Origin: a virus
Length of the DNA stretch: 64,000 bases
Direction: 5' to 3' (one strand)
IMG/VR virus record: IMGVR_UViG_3300036792_000107
Location: 6,715 to 70,714 of that record
The stretch's first letter is position 1. Each line of letters opens with the position of its first letter. A program made the position numbers and the translations under genes. The notes beneath the pieces are model-generated. The model did no database searches and was not told where the DNA came from. It was given only the letters and a program-made list of their open reading frames with translations. Shown here in pieces: positions 29,065-36,937 of this stretch.

Positions 29065-29430
29065 GTGAAGACGTACGAGCAGGTACAAGTGGGCGACGAC
29101 GTCCTGGTGTTCGACTACAACGGGCACCGCATAGGGCAGCCAGACGACGGCTGGGAGGGGAAGGTCGTGAAGGCAGGCCCGAAGCTCATCACGATCGACT
29201 ACGGGAAGTACACGACGGAGGTCTTCCGGCGCGAGTCTGGCCGCGCCAACGACAGGTACGGGCACCAGTACTACAAGACCCCTGAGGAGTACGCGGAGAC
29301 GCGCCGCCGTAGTGACGCGCTCGCTGCGCTGCGGGAGTTCGGGCTGGAGCCGGTCAGGTTCTCAGGCGTCAAGAACATCGCCACTGACAGGCTCATCCAG
29401 ATTGTCGCGCTGCTGGAAGAACCCGAATGA
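29065..29430 (+). CDS. hypothetical protein
   Basis: AGGAG RBS then GTG. Confidence 0.6.
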   Translation: MKTYEQVQVGDDVLVFDYNGHRIGQPDDGWEGKVVKAGPKLITIDYGKYTTEVFRRESGRANDRYGHQYYKTPEEYAETRRRSDALAALREFGLEPVRFSGVKNIATDRLIQIVALLEEPE

Positions 29431-29442
29431 TACAATTCCGGC

Positions 29443-29850
29443 ATGACAACGCCACCGGCCACCGGGGTCACGGCACAGCCGAAGGTCAAGAAGAGGCAGA
29501 AGGTAGAGCCCGAAGAAGGCTCAGACCTCAGCCGCCTGTTCTACGAGCTGCCCGAACTCGAAGCGCAGAAGAAGGAAGCAGAGGAGAAGCTGGCCGCGCA
29601 CAAGCGCAAGATCCAGCAGGAGATCTCGAAGTCCGTAGCCAGCCCCGGTGACATGCCGGACCAGTTCGACATCCCCGCCGACCCTCACGGCGGCTACCCC
29701 GCCTACACCCTGGCTGCCCGTGAAGGCGCGTGGCGCGTGGACACCGAGGCACTGAAGTCGGAAGACCCCGAGACCTACGTGAAGTGGGCGAAGCGCGGTC
29801 AGCCGTACTGGGAGCTGAAGAGGAAGACAACGAACAGGGTGAAGCGGTGA
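29443..29850 (+). CDS. hypothetical coiled-coil phage protein
   Basis: TG-A-TACAAT-6nt-ATG; RVDTEALK...PE.Y motif. Confidence 0.65.
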   Translation: MTTPPATGVTAQPKVKKRQKVEPEEGSDLSRLFYELPELEAQKKEAEEKLAAHKRKIQQEISKSVASPGDMPDQFDIPADPHGGYPAYTLAAREGAWRVDTEALKSEDPETYVKWAKRGQPYWELKRKTTNRVKR

Positions 29851-30059
29851 TCTGGGCCGCGCTCGCAGTCATCTTCGGGGTGCTGCTCGTCGTCTCCCTC
29901 GGTGTCATCATCGGCTTCATTCACCTGCTGATGCACATGATGGACGGCTTCTGATGGCTACCTACATTCTCCTCGGGCTGCTCGCCTTTATCTCCGTGGC
30001 TTTCTGGCTCACCGTTTTCACTTACGCGATCAAGTTCATGATCCCCGCGAGGCAGCGCC

Positions 30060-30950
30060 GTGGATAACCTCCCGAGCCTCGAAGCATGGGCAGCTCAGAC
30101 CCGTAACGCCTCCCCGATGCTGGGCCAGAACGGCAACTCGGCGTGGGCGCAGCGCTATTCACAGGAACTCCGAGAGGTTGTGGTCCGTTATGCCGACCGG
30201 CTCCCCCGTAACGTCCAGCGGCACCTGGGTCCGTCTGAACTCGGCCACCTTTGCGATAGGCAGCTCGTCGGTAAGATGGCGGGCATATCGCTGGGGTCCG
30301 GCGGAGGCAATAATATGCATGACCCGTGGGCGTCTATTGTCGGTACAGCTATCCATTCATTTCTCGAACAAGCCTTTCACTGGGAATCACAGCGGCTGAT
30401 CGAAGAGAACCACGTCACTAACGCACGCGGGGTAAGGTGGTGGACGGAGCGGAAGGTAACCCCTGACCCTGGTGCCCCGTCTCCCCACCCCGGCACCGCC
30501 GACCTCTACGACGCGGCGACCTTCACCTTGAACGACCACAAGTGCCAGTCCGAGGGAGTCCGCGACAAGCTCCGCAGGCACGGCCCTCCTCATCACTACT
30601 TCATGCAGATGCTGCTGTACGCCATGGGCTACATGTACGAGGGCTACCAGGTGCAGCGTGTGTGCCTGGTGTCCTGGCCGCGTACCCACTCGACACTGGA
30701 CGACATGTACGTCTGGGAGCACGTCATCACGGACGAAGACATCGTCGCCGTGGCGAAGCTCATCGAGAAGACCCAGGTCCGTGAGCAGCTGGCCCAGCTC
30801 GTAGTCAACGGCGACGTGAACTACATGGAGATCCCGGCCGCCCCTTCCGACGAGGACTGCCAGTACTGTCCTTTCTTCAGGCCGGACGCCGCGTTCAACC
30901 CGAACGTCAGGGGCTGCGCCGGCACCGCCGGAATAAAGAAGGCCGCTTAA
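30060..30950 (+). CDS. Cas4-like PD-(D/E)XK exonuclease
   Basis: PSELG..C.R, GTAIH, GTADL...DHK, Q..LY, CQYCPF...C. Confidence 0.85.
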   Translation: MDNLPSLEAWAAQTRNASPMLGQNGNSAWAQRYSQELREVVVRYADRLPRNVQRHLGPSELGHLCDRQLVGKMAGISLGSGGGNNMHDPWASIVGTAIHSFLEQAFHWESQRLIEENHVTNARGVRWWTERKVTPDPGAPSPHPGTADLYDAATFTLNDHKCQSEGVRDKLRRHGPPHHYFMQMLLYAMGYMYEGYQVQRVCLVSWPRTHSTLDDMYVWEHVITDEDIVAVAKLIEKTQVREQLAQLVVNGDVNYMEIPAAPSDEDCQYCPFFRPDAAFNPNVRGCAGTAGIKKAA

Positions 30951-30955
30951 CAGTT
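30930..30955 (+). promoter_or_regulatory. SigR/SigH-type promoter (leaderless)
   Basis: GGAAT-N18-GTT; ATG 30965 at +12. Confidence 0.75.
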
Positions 30956-30964
30956 TAATCCGGC

Positions 30965-31153
30965 ATGAATCACCTGAACTACAAGGCCCGGAAGCCCGCG
31001 AATCCCGGGAGGCTGCTGTGCAACCTGTCCCGCCCCTTCCACCTGTTCCTCAGGGTGGGCGGCCCTGTGTTCCTTCTCCATATGGAGGTTGGCTCTGCGG
31101 TACTCACGGTACGCCCCTTGCCGGCTGTTCTCGGAGCGAGGAAGAAGCCGTGA
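30965..31153 (+). CDS. hypothetical protein
   Basis: leaderless ATG at the promoter +12 position. Confidence 0.5.
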   Translation: MNHLNYKARKPANPGRLLCNLSRPFHLFLRVGGPVFLLHMEVGSAVLTVRPLPAVLGARKKP

Positions 31154-31368
31154 GCTACGACTACGACGACGCCTACTTCTGTCACGGGTACCATCTCTGC
31201 CCGACGGTCTTCGCCGATAAATCCAACTTCTGGGTGGGGATGCTGGGCGGCGACATCTGGTTTGAGGCTCCTACCAAGGAAAAGCTGACCGAACTCATCG
31301 AAGAAGCCGTCGGCAGCGTGCCCGAGCCGGTATGCTAGGAGGTGCCAGGCAAGATTTTTCGTAGTCAA

Positions 31369-31394
31369 GGAATAGACCTGAAGACCTGGCCGTT
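31369..31394 (+). promoter_or_regulatory. SigR/SigH-type promoter
   Basis: GGAAT-N18-GTTACACC. Confidence 0.8.
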
Positions 31395-31431
31395 ACACCA
31401 CACGACCCACTGAGCACCTGGAGAACATCAC

Positions 31432-32391
31432 ATGCAGTTCAACCCGACCCTGTACGCCCAGATCGCGGCTACGAGCCCTGTTAACGCCCAGCAGTACCTC
31501 GAAGCGTGCAGCGCCCCTCTCTCAGCGAACACCGCCGTCAACCCGGCCGCGCTTCCCACTCCGACGTCCCAGCCGCAGGCACAGCCCTACGTGAACCCGG
31601 CGGCAGTAGCTCAGCCCGCACCTGAACTCGCACGCGGCACCCTGGAGGACTTCTACTCCCAGCCGACCGGCGGCTCGGCACCTTCTATCACCTCGAAGTT
31701 CTTCACCAAGCGCCAGCAGGGCTCCTGGCTCCAGCTCGAAGTCACCAGGGACGTGACCAACGCGGACGTCCGCCAGCAGACCACCCCGCAGGGCCAGCCC
31801 CAGGTCTACCGTGACGGCAAGCCGAAGTTCGTGCTCGTGGTCCCGCTCAAGGTCACCGGCTCCAGCGACGGCACGCACTTCACCGAGTTCCCGGACGGCG
31901 AGGGATCGCTGTGGGTCAAGGGCGTTCTCGCTGACGAACTGCGCCGGTCGATGACGGCAGCGGGAGACCCGAGCGGCTACCCGAAGGGCGGCGCGACGAT
32001 CGTCATGCAGTCCTCCGGCGAGAAGCCGTCGCGGACTCCCGGCTTCAGCCCCACCAAGCTGTACCAGCTCCAGTACTCGGGGCCGGTTACCGCTGCGGCG
32101 GAGGCCATCACGACGGGCGTCCCTCCTACGGTAACGGCGATACCTTCTGCCGTCACTTCTGCCCCTGCGCCGACGCCTGTGACCCTGGCTGCCCCCTCGG
32201 CTGCGCCGGCTAACCCTCCTGTACCCTCTATCCCTACTGCGGCTGCCACTACGCCTCCGGCTGCCCCGGTAGCCGTCGCCGCTGACACCGCTCCCGTGGC
32301 CAGCTTCCAGCCGCCGAACGCGACTCCCGTAGCCGCTCCGGTGCTGGACGACAAGGCCGCCCTCCTCGCCCGTCTTCAGGGCAACGGGTAA
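31432..32391 (+). CDS. probable single-stranded DNA-binding protein with Pro/Ala-rich tail
   Basis: Q....G.P....DGKPK...VV...LWVKG...K.Y core; lies between nuclease and helicase. Confidence 0.6.
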   Translation: MQFNPTLYAQIAATSPVNAQQYLEACSAPLSANTAVNPAALPTPTSQPQAQPYVNPAAVAQPAPELARGTLEDFYSQPTGGSAPSITSKFFTKRQQGSWLQLEVTRDVTNADVRQQTTPQGQPQVYRDGKPKFVLVVPLKVTGSSDGTHFTEFPDGEGSLWVKGVLADELRRSMTAAGDPSGYPKGGATIVMQSSGEKPSRTPGFSPTKLYQLQYSGPVTAAAEAITTGVPPTVTAIPSAVTSAPAPTPVTLAAPSAAPANPPVPSIPTAAATTPPAAPVAVAADTAPVASFQPPNATPVAAPVLDDKAALLARLQGNG

Positions 32392-32408
32392 CCACTCCCG
32401 GTTAAAGC

Positions 32409-32466
32409 GAAGGCCGGGCACCCGCGTCAAACCCACATCACGACGCTCCCCGGGTGCCCGGCCTTC
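32409..32466 (+). terminator. long hairpin after the SSB-like gene
   Basis: GAAGGCCGGGCACCCG...CGGGTGCCCGGCCTTC. Confidence 0.65.
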
Positions 32467-32503
32467 TTAAACCACCTAAGAAACTACCTAAAGGGGTACC
32501 GTC

Positions 32504-33019
32504 ATGTCCGTACTGCCAGACGACCGCGCCCGCATGTACATGGCCGCTGTCGAAGCCGAGCACCGCAGGGGCAAGGACTACCTGCTCCAGGTCTGGGAAA
32601 CCGGGCACCTGATGCGCACGTACGAGGACCGGCCCGACGAGATCTCCGCCGCGATCGGCAAGTCCACGTTCTGGGTGTACGAGCGGCTTCGCCTCGCCGG
32701 GGACTACACCAGGGCTCAGCTTGTAGCACTTATCGACCAGTACAAGATCGAGACCAAGGCTGAGCTGATGTCCCGCGCGTACGGCCACATCGCCCCGGCG
32801 GAGAAGACCCGCAAGGCCGTGCACATCCCGCTCACCCTCGTGCAGGAAGCGAACTACGTGGGCTTCGACATCACGGCGGAGCTGAAGCACTTCCTGTCCG
32901 AGGTGAAGCTGTCGGAGCTGCGGCCGATCCTCAACAAGTACTTCGCCGAGCACAAGGCGAAGGAGCAGGCCGCAGCGGTACCTTTCCCCGGGTTCACGCC
33001 GGCACCGCAGTACGTGTGA
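32504..33019 (+). CDS. hypothetical protein (possible HTH)
   Basis: EISAAIGKSTFWVYERLRL resembles a ParB-type HTH. Confidence 0.55.
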   Translation: MSVLPDDRARMYMAAVEAEHRRGKDYLLQVWETGHLMRTYEDRPDEISAAIGKSTFWVYERLRLAGDYTRAQLVALIDQYKIETKAELMSRAYGHIAPAEKTRKAVHIPLTLVQEANYVGFDITAELKHFLSEVKLSELRPILNKYFAEHKAKEQAAAVPFPGFTPAPQYV

Positions 33020-33483
33020 CCTAAGTACCTCACGGAAGGGTGACCCGGTTGAAGTACGGATGGCAGGACTACGCGCTCATCGCAGGGATCGTCGCGTGCT
33101 TCGCGCTGTTCGTCTACGGCTGGGTCACCCTCCTGCTGGAGATGGGGTGGATCTGATGGTGTGGCAAGAAGTGAGCACGGTGCAGGAGGGCGCGGCGCTG
33201 AGCGAAGGCATCTGCCCGGTGCACGTTGCCTCCCTCGAACCGTGCCCTGTCCCGCGCTCCGGTCATCTTCACGGGTACTGCCCGCTGTGTGACATGTGGT
33301 GGATAGGAGGCGTACATTGAACTTCCCTGACATGCCTACGACGTACGAGCTGACGCGGGAAGTAGCTGACCACGAGCTGCTGCTGGTGTTCAACAGCGAC
33401 GATGAATGCTCGCGGTTCCGTGAGTGGCTGGAAGGACCGGGATGGGACGGCTTCAAGCGGTACTGCGAGAAGGGACGGTAGTA

Positions 33484-35430
33484 ATGGACGACGGGCGCTG
33501 GGCCACCGGAATCCTCAACGGCCGCGTGGCCGGAACCGAGATGAGGATTTCGGTGGTCGGCCCCGACTGGGAGACCGACAAGATCGCCAAGGCCCTCAAG
33601 AACATGACGGTTCTCCCCAAGAAGACACGGGACGGTTCCGGAGAGCTGTCGCTGCCGCTGACGTGGGCCGTAGTCACCCAGTGCGCCCGGCTCGCGGAAG
33701 AGTACGAGTTCCGCTGGGCACCCGGTGAAGACCTGAGCGCGTGGATCTTCGATGAGTTCACACGGCGCTTCTCGGAATACCGAGAAACGTCCGACCTCAA
33801 GTTCGACCTCGCCGCGCTGGAGCGCACGCCGATGGCTCACCAGGCGTCAGGGGCGTACGTGGGCGCGGTGAACAAGCGGTTCTTCTTCGGGGACGCGGCG
33901 GGCACGGGCAAGACCTTCACGGCTCTGCTGACCATGGCGGAGATGCAAGCCCGTGGACTTGACCCCTTCCCCGCGTTCGTAGTCACCCCCGCCTCCGTCG
34001 TGGACCCCTGGCTGGAGGAGCTGGGCAAGTGCTTCCCTGACTGGACGTACACCGCTTACCGTGGGGCGAACCGGAAGAAGCTGTCCTCCCGCTACCAGGT
34101 GTACGTCATGAGCTGGGACGTGTTCCGCCGCGACATGTACCCCGAGCCGGAAGCCGAGTGCCCGTACGGCCACGGCGCTATCGCCTGGAAGCCTCGCGAC
34201 CAGAAGGAACTCGACAAGCACCTGGCCGGCCAGGTCTCCACGCCGATGGTCTGCGTCCAGTGCAACGCGGTGATGCTGCCGACGGACACGGACAAAAAGA
34301 AGATCCCTCCGCTGATCGAGTTCAACGTGCCGCGCACCCTGGTACTCGATGAAGCCCACGCGCTGTGCAACACCAAGACCAAGCAGTCGATCGCCGCCGT
34401 GCGCGCCGCCCGCGTCGCCCCGTACGCGTTCCCCATGTCCGGTACGCCGATCACCAACGACGTGTCAGGTTTCTGGACCGCGATGCGCGTGCTGGACATC
34501 CGCAGCTTCCCCGACTCCGAGCGCTACGCCGAGCGCTACTGCGACCGTTACTCCCGAGACTACGGCAAAGCTGAGGTCACCGGCCTCACCACGGTCAACC
34601 GCGAGGAGTTCTACACCGTCCTCCAGGGTTCGATGCGCAGTGTCGCCAAGCGCGACGTGCTGGACCTTCCCCCGAAGACGTACTCGACTCGCGTAGTCAC
34701 CATCCCGCCCGCGTACCGCAAGGCGTACGACGAGATGGAAGAGGACATGATCGCGCACATCCCCGACACCGACGAGCCGCTGCCGGTCATGAACACCCTG
34801 GCCCAGATGCAGCGGCTGGCCCAGCTTGCAAGTTCAGCCTGCGATGTCGAGATCGAGTACGTGCTGGATGAGAAGAAGGACAGCCTCACCTTCGGCGAGC
34901 AGGTCCCGCACTACAAGGTCACCATGCGCGAGCCGTGCTGGAAAGTCGATGAGCTGATGCAGGTAGTCGAAGAGTCCGGCGGTGAGCCCATCGTAACTTT
35001 CTCTCCGTACACGCAGCTGATCGACCTGGCCGGCGCTCGCGCGGAATCAAAGGGCCTCCGGGTTGGTTACATCAAGGGAGGGCAGACGCACAACCAGAGA
35101 ACGGCCACGCGGCTCGCCTTCCAGGCAGGGGAGATCGACCTGCTGTGCGCGAACACCAGCGCCGGCGGCGTCGGCCTCACCCTGACCCGCAGTCACACGG
35201 TGGTCTTCCTCCAGCGCCCGTGGGCGTACTGGAGAGCCGACCAGTCGGAAGACCGCCTGGACCGATTCGGCCAGAGGGAGCCGGTATCCGTAATCGACAT
35301 CGTCGCAACGAACACAATCGAAAGCCGGGTCCGCGAAGCACTCAAGGACAAGGCACGGAACCTGTCGGAGCTAGTCCGAGACCCCCGGATCGTCCGGAAC
35401 TTCCTCGGCGGCCAGCAGGTACGAGTATAG
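33484..35430 (+). CDS. SNF2-like SF2 helicase
   Basis: GTGKT, DEAH, SGTP, GGVGLTLT, QSEDRLDRFGQ. Confidence 0.9.
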   Translation: MDDGRWATGILNGRVAGTEMRISVVGPDWETDKIAKALKNMTVLPKKTRDGSGELSLPLTWAVVTQCARLAEEYEFRWAPGEDLSAWIFDEFTRRFSEYRETSDLKFDLAALERTPMAHQASGAYVGAVNKRFFFGDAAGTGKTFTALLTMAEMQARGLDPFPAFVVTPASVVDPWLEELGKCFPDWTYTAYRGANRKKLSSRYQVYVMSWDVFRRDMYPEPEAECPYGHGAIAWKPRDQKELDKHLAGQVSTPMVCVQCNAVMLPTDTDKKKIPPLIEFNVPRTLVLDEAHALCNTKTKQSIAAVRAARVAPYAFPMSGTPITNDVSGFWTAMRVLDIRSFPDSERYAERYCDRYSRDYGKAEVTGLTTVNREEFYTVLQGSMRSVAKRDVLDLPPKTYSTRVVTIPPAYRKAYDEMEEDMIAHIPDTDEPLPVMNTLAQMQRLAQLASSACDVEIEYVLDEKKDSLTFGEQVPHYKVTMREPCWKVDELMQVVEESGGEPIVTFSPYTQLIDLAGARAESKGLRVGYIKGGQTHNQRTATRLAFQAGEIDLLCANTSAGGVGLTLTRSHTVVFLQRPWAYWRADQSEDRLDRFGQREPVSVIDIVATNTIESRVREALKDKARNLSELVRDPRIVRNFLGGQQVRV

Positions 35431-35441
35431 AAAGAGGGAAC

Positions 35442-35780
35442 ATGGCTGGAGACATCGGCCGGTACATCAGCGACCACTCGCAGTCGGGTGCGTGCGCGTT
35501 CCACCACTACCAGGGCGACCACGACAACCGCCAGTGCCGCATCCCCGAGGGCTACTGCGCGATGAACGCGTACATGGTGGTCCTGCTGAAGAACGCCGAG
35601 CAGGCAGCGGCGACGGCACGCGAAGCCCCGCTGTACCACGCACCCCCGAAGTTCACCAGTGACGCGCTGACCGACATGAACTTCGGCTGGCGCGGCCCGG
35701 ACACACCCGTGGCCGACGCGATGATGTCCCCGGTGACCGACACGCGCCCGAACCACGCAGCCAACGGGAGCCAGTCGTGA
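35442..35780 (+). CDS. hypothetical protein
   Basis: GAGGGA RBS. Confidence 0.55.
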   Translation: MAGDIGRYISDHSQSGACAFHHYQGDHDNRQCRIPEGYCAMNAYMVVLLKNAEQAAATAREAPLYHAPPKFTSDALTDMNFGWRGPDTPVADAMMSPVTDTRPNHAANGSQS

Positions 35781-36013
35781 AGTACATGACAGCGCAGGCT
35801 TTCGCGGAGGACTGCATCCGCAACGGGGGCTTCACGTCGCTCGCCTTGTCGGGCAGCCTGAAGGCCGAAGACCTGCCGCCGGAGACGCCCGCGCACATCC
35901 GCGCGTTCGTGCGCCAGGTTGCAGCCGTCGCGCCTTCCGTGGAGGTAGTCGATGAGTACGTGAACGGCATCGCGTCGGACATGTTCGACCAGGCGATGGA
36001 CCGGGTGCACTGA
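35777..36013 (+). CDS. hypothetical protein
   Basis: GTGA overlap. Confidence 0.55.
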   Translation: MKYMTAQAFAEDCIRNGGFTSLALSGSLKAEDLPPETPAHIRAFVRQVAAVAPSVEVVDEYVNGIASDMFDQAMDRVH

Positions 36014-36228
36014 TGGCAGACACGCGCATCTTCCGCATCATCGAGTACGGCTACAACGAAACGCACACCCGCTACGGCAACCGCCGCGTGCTCGCCGGGA
36101 TCACGGCTACTCGCAACGGCTGGCGCAAGCGTGTCGTCAAGGTAGAGGCCACGAACGACGGTGCCACCGAGGGCTGGACGGACGTGACGGAAGAATTTTT
36201 CCCCGGTGGGAATGAACGCAAGCCCTAG
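36013..36228 (+). CDS. hypothetical protein
   Basis: TGATG coupling. Confidence 0.55.
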   Translation: MADTRIFRIIEYGYNETHTRYGNRRVLAGITATRNGWRKRVVKVEATNDGATEGWTDVTEEFFPGGNERKP

Positions 36229-36234
36229 CCTGTT
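36209..36234 (+). promoter_or_regulatory. SigR/SigH-type promoter driving the Y RNA array and Ro60
   Basis: GGAAT-N18-GTTACACC; inferred TSS near 36244. Confidence 0.8.
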
Positions 36235-36318
36235 ACACCTAGCGAACAGCACGACCTGGCGGAGAGCCCCGATTCTCCCCCGACCTCGGTACTTGACACC
36301 GCCAGGTAGGCTGTTACA

Positions 36319-36383
36319 CAGCGAGCCGGATGCAGTCGGTTATCATTCAATAGCATCTCCGGTTGCAGATCACTTGCTCGCTG
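36319..36383 (+). ncRNA. Y RNA-like unit 1 (minimal)
   Basis: CAGCGAGC/GCTCGCTG terminal stem; TGCAGTCGG/CCGGTTGCA inner stem; TCGGTTATC. Confidence 0.75.
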
Positions 36384-36401
36384 ACCCAACTACATACTTG
36401 A

Positions 36402-36510
36402 GCGCGAGCCGGACGGAAATCGGTTATCTTGGTTCGAATCCAAGCGTCCCCTTCCGGGATGCTAAGGCAGGACTCTTCGGAGTCATCCGGTTCCCACCTT
36501 TTGCTCGCGC
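36402..36510 (+). ncRNA. Y RNA-like unit 2 (T-arm plus two hairpins)
   Basis: GCGCGAGC/GCTCGCGC; CTTGG-TTCGAAT-CCAAG; CGTCCC/GGGATG; GACTC-TTCG-GAGTC. Confidence 0.8.
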
Positions 36511-36521
36511 CACAGCAGTAC

Positions 36522-36652
36522 CCCCGAGCCGTATGCAATCGGTTATCTTCGGAACTGCGGGTTGCGGGTTCGATTCCTGCCCTTAGTCCTAGACTTCGGT
36601 AGCTCAATGGCAGAGCAGCAGTTTTTATCCGGTGCAGCTCCCTTGCTCGGGG
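36522..36652 (+). ncRNA. Y RNA-like unit 3 (YrlA-type tRNA mimic)
   Basis: CCCCGAGC/GCTCGGGG; T-arm 36564-36580 precedes D-arm TAGCTCAATGGCAGAGC 36600-36616; AACTGC/GCAGTT stem. Confidence 0.85.
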
Positions 36653-36667
36653 TCACAATTAAATAGC

Positions 36668-36744
36668 AGGACGAGCCGGAAGGCAGTCGGTTATCTTTCT
36701 CTTTCAAAGAACCCAACCCGGCAGCCACCAAATTTGTTCGTCCT
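36668..36744 (+). ncRNA. Y RNA-like unit 4 (minimal)
   Basis: AGGACGAGC/GTTCGTCCT; GGCAGTCGG/CCGGCAGCC; TCGGTTATC. Confidence 0.75.
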
Positions 36745-36757
36745 CTCCCAAGGCTTA

Positions 36758-36899
36758 GGCCCTGGCGAGCCGGATGAGTGTCGGTTATCTGCTGAGGACA
36801 GACCAGAGCGAGGTTCGAATCCCCGCCGCAACCTAAGGGCTGCGTAGTGTAATGGCTAGCACGGTAACCCCGGTACTCAACTCTTTGTTCGCCAGGGTC
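36758..36899 (+). ncRNA. Y RNA-like unit 5 (YrlA-type tRNA mimic)
   Basis: CCCTGGCGAGC/GTTCGCCAGGG; TGAGTGTCGG/CCGGTACTCA; GGTTCGAATCC T-loop, then D-arm TAGTGTAATGGCTAGCAC. Confidence 0.85.
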
Positions 36900-36937
36900 A
36901 CCTTTTTGCCCGACCCGTTAACCCGTGGAGGTTAAAG

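Noticed and set aside
30060-30950. CRISPR-associated Cas4
   Set aside because: No other cas genes or array are present; stand-alone Cas4-like nucleases are common in phage replication modules.
36293-36298. TTGACA as a housekeeping -35 for the Y RNA array
   Set aside because: No convincing TANNNT at 16-18 nt spacing; it lies inside the leader hairpin.
36319-36899. CRISPR array or tRNA gene cluster
   Set aside because: The units are self-pairing scaffolds of unequal length, not identical repeats. T-arms precede D-arms and there is no anticodon loop or CCA end. The adjacent Ro60 gene explains them as Y RNAs.
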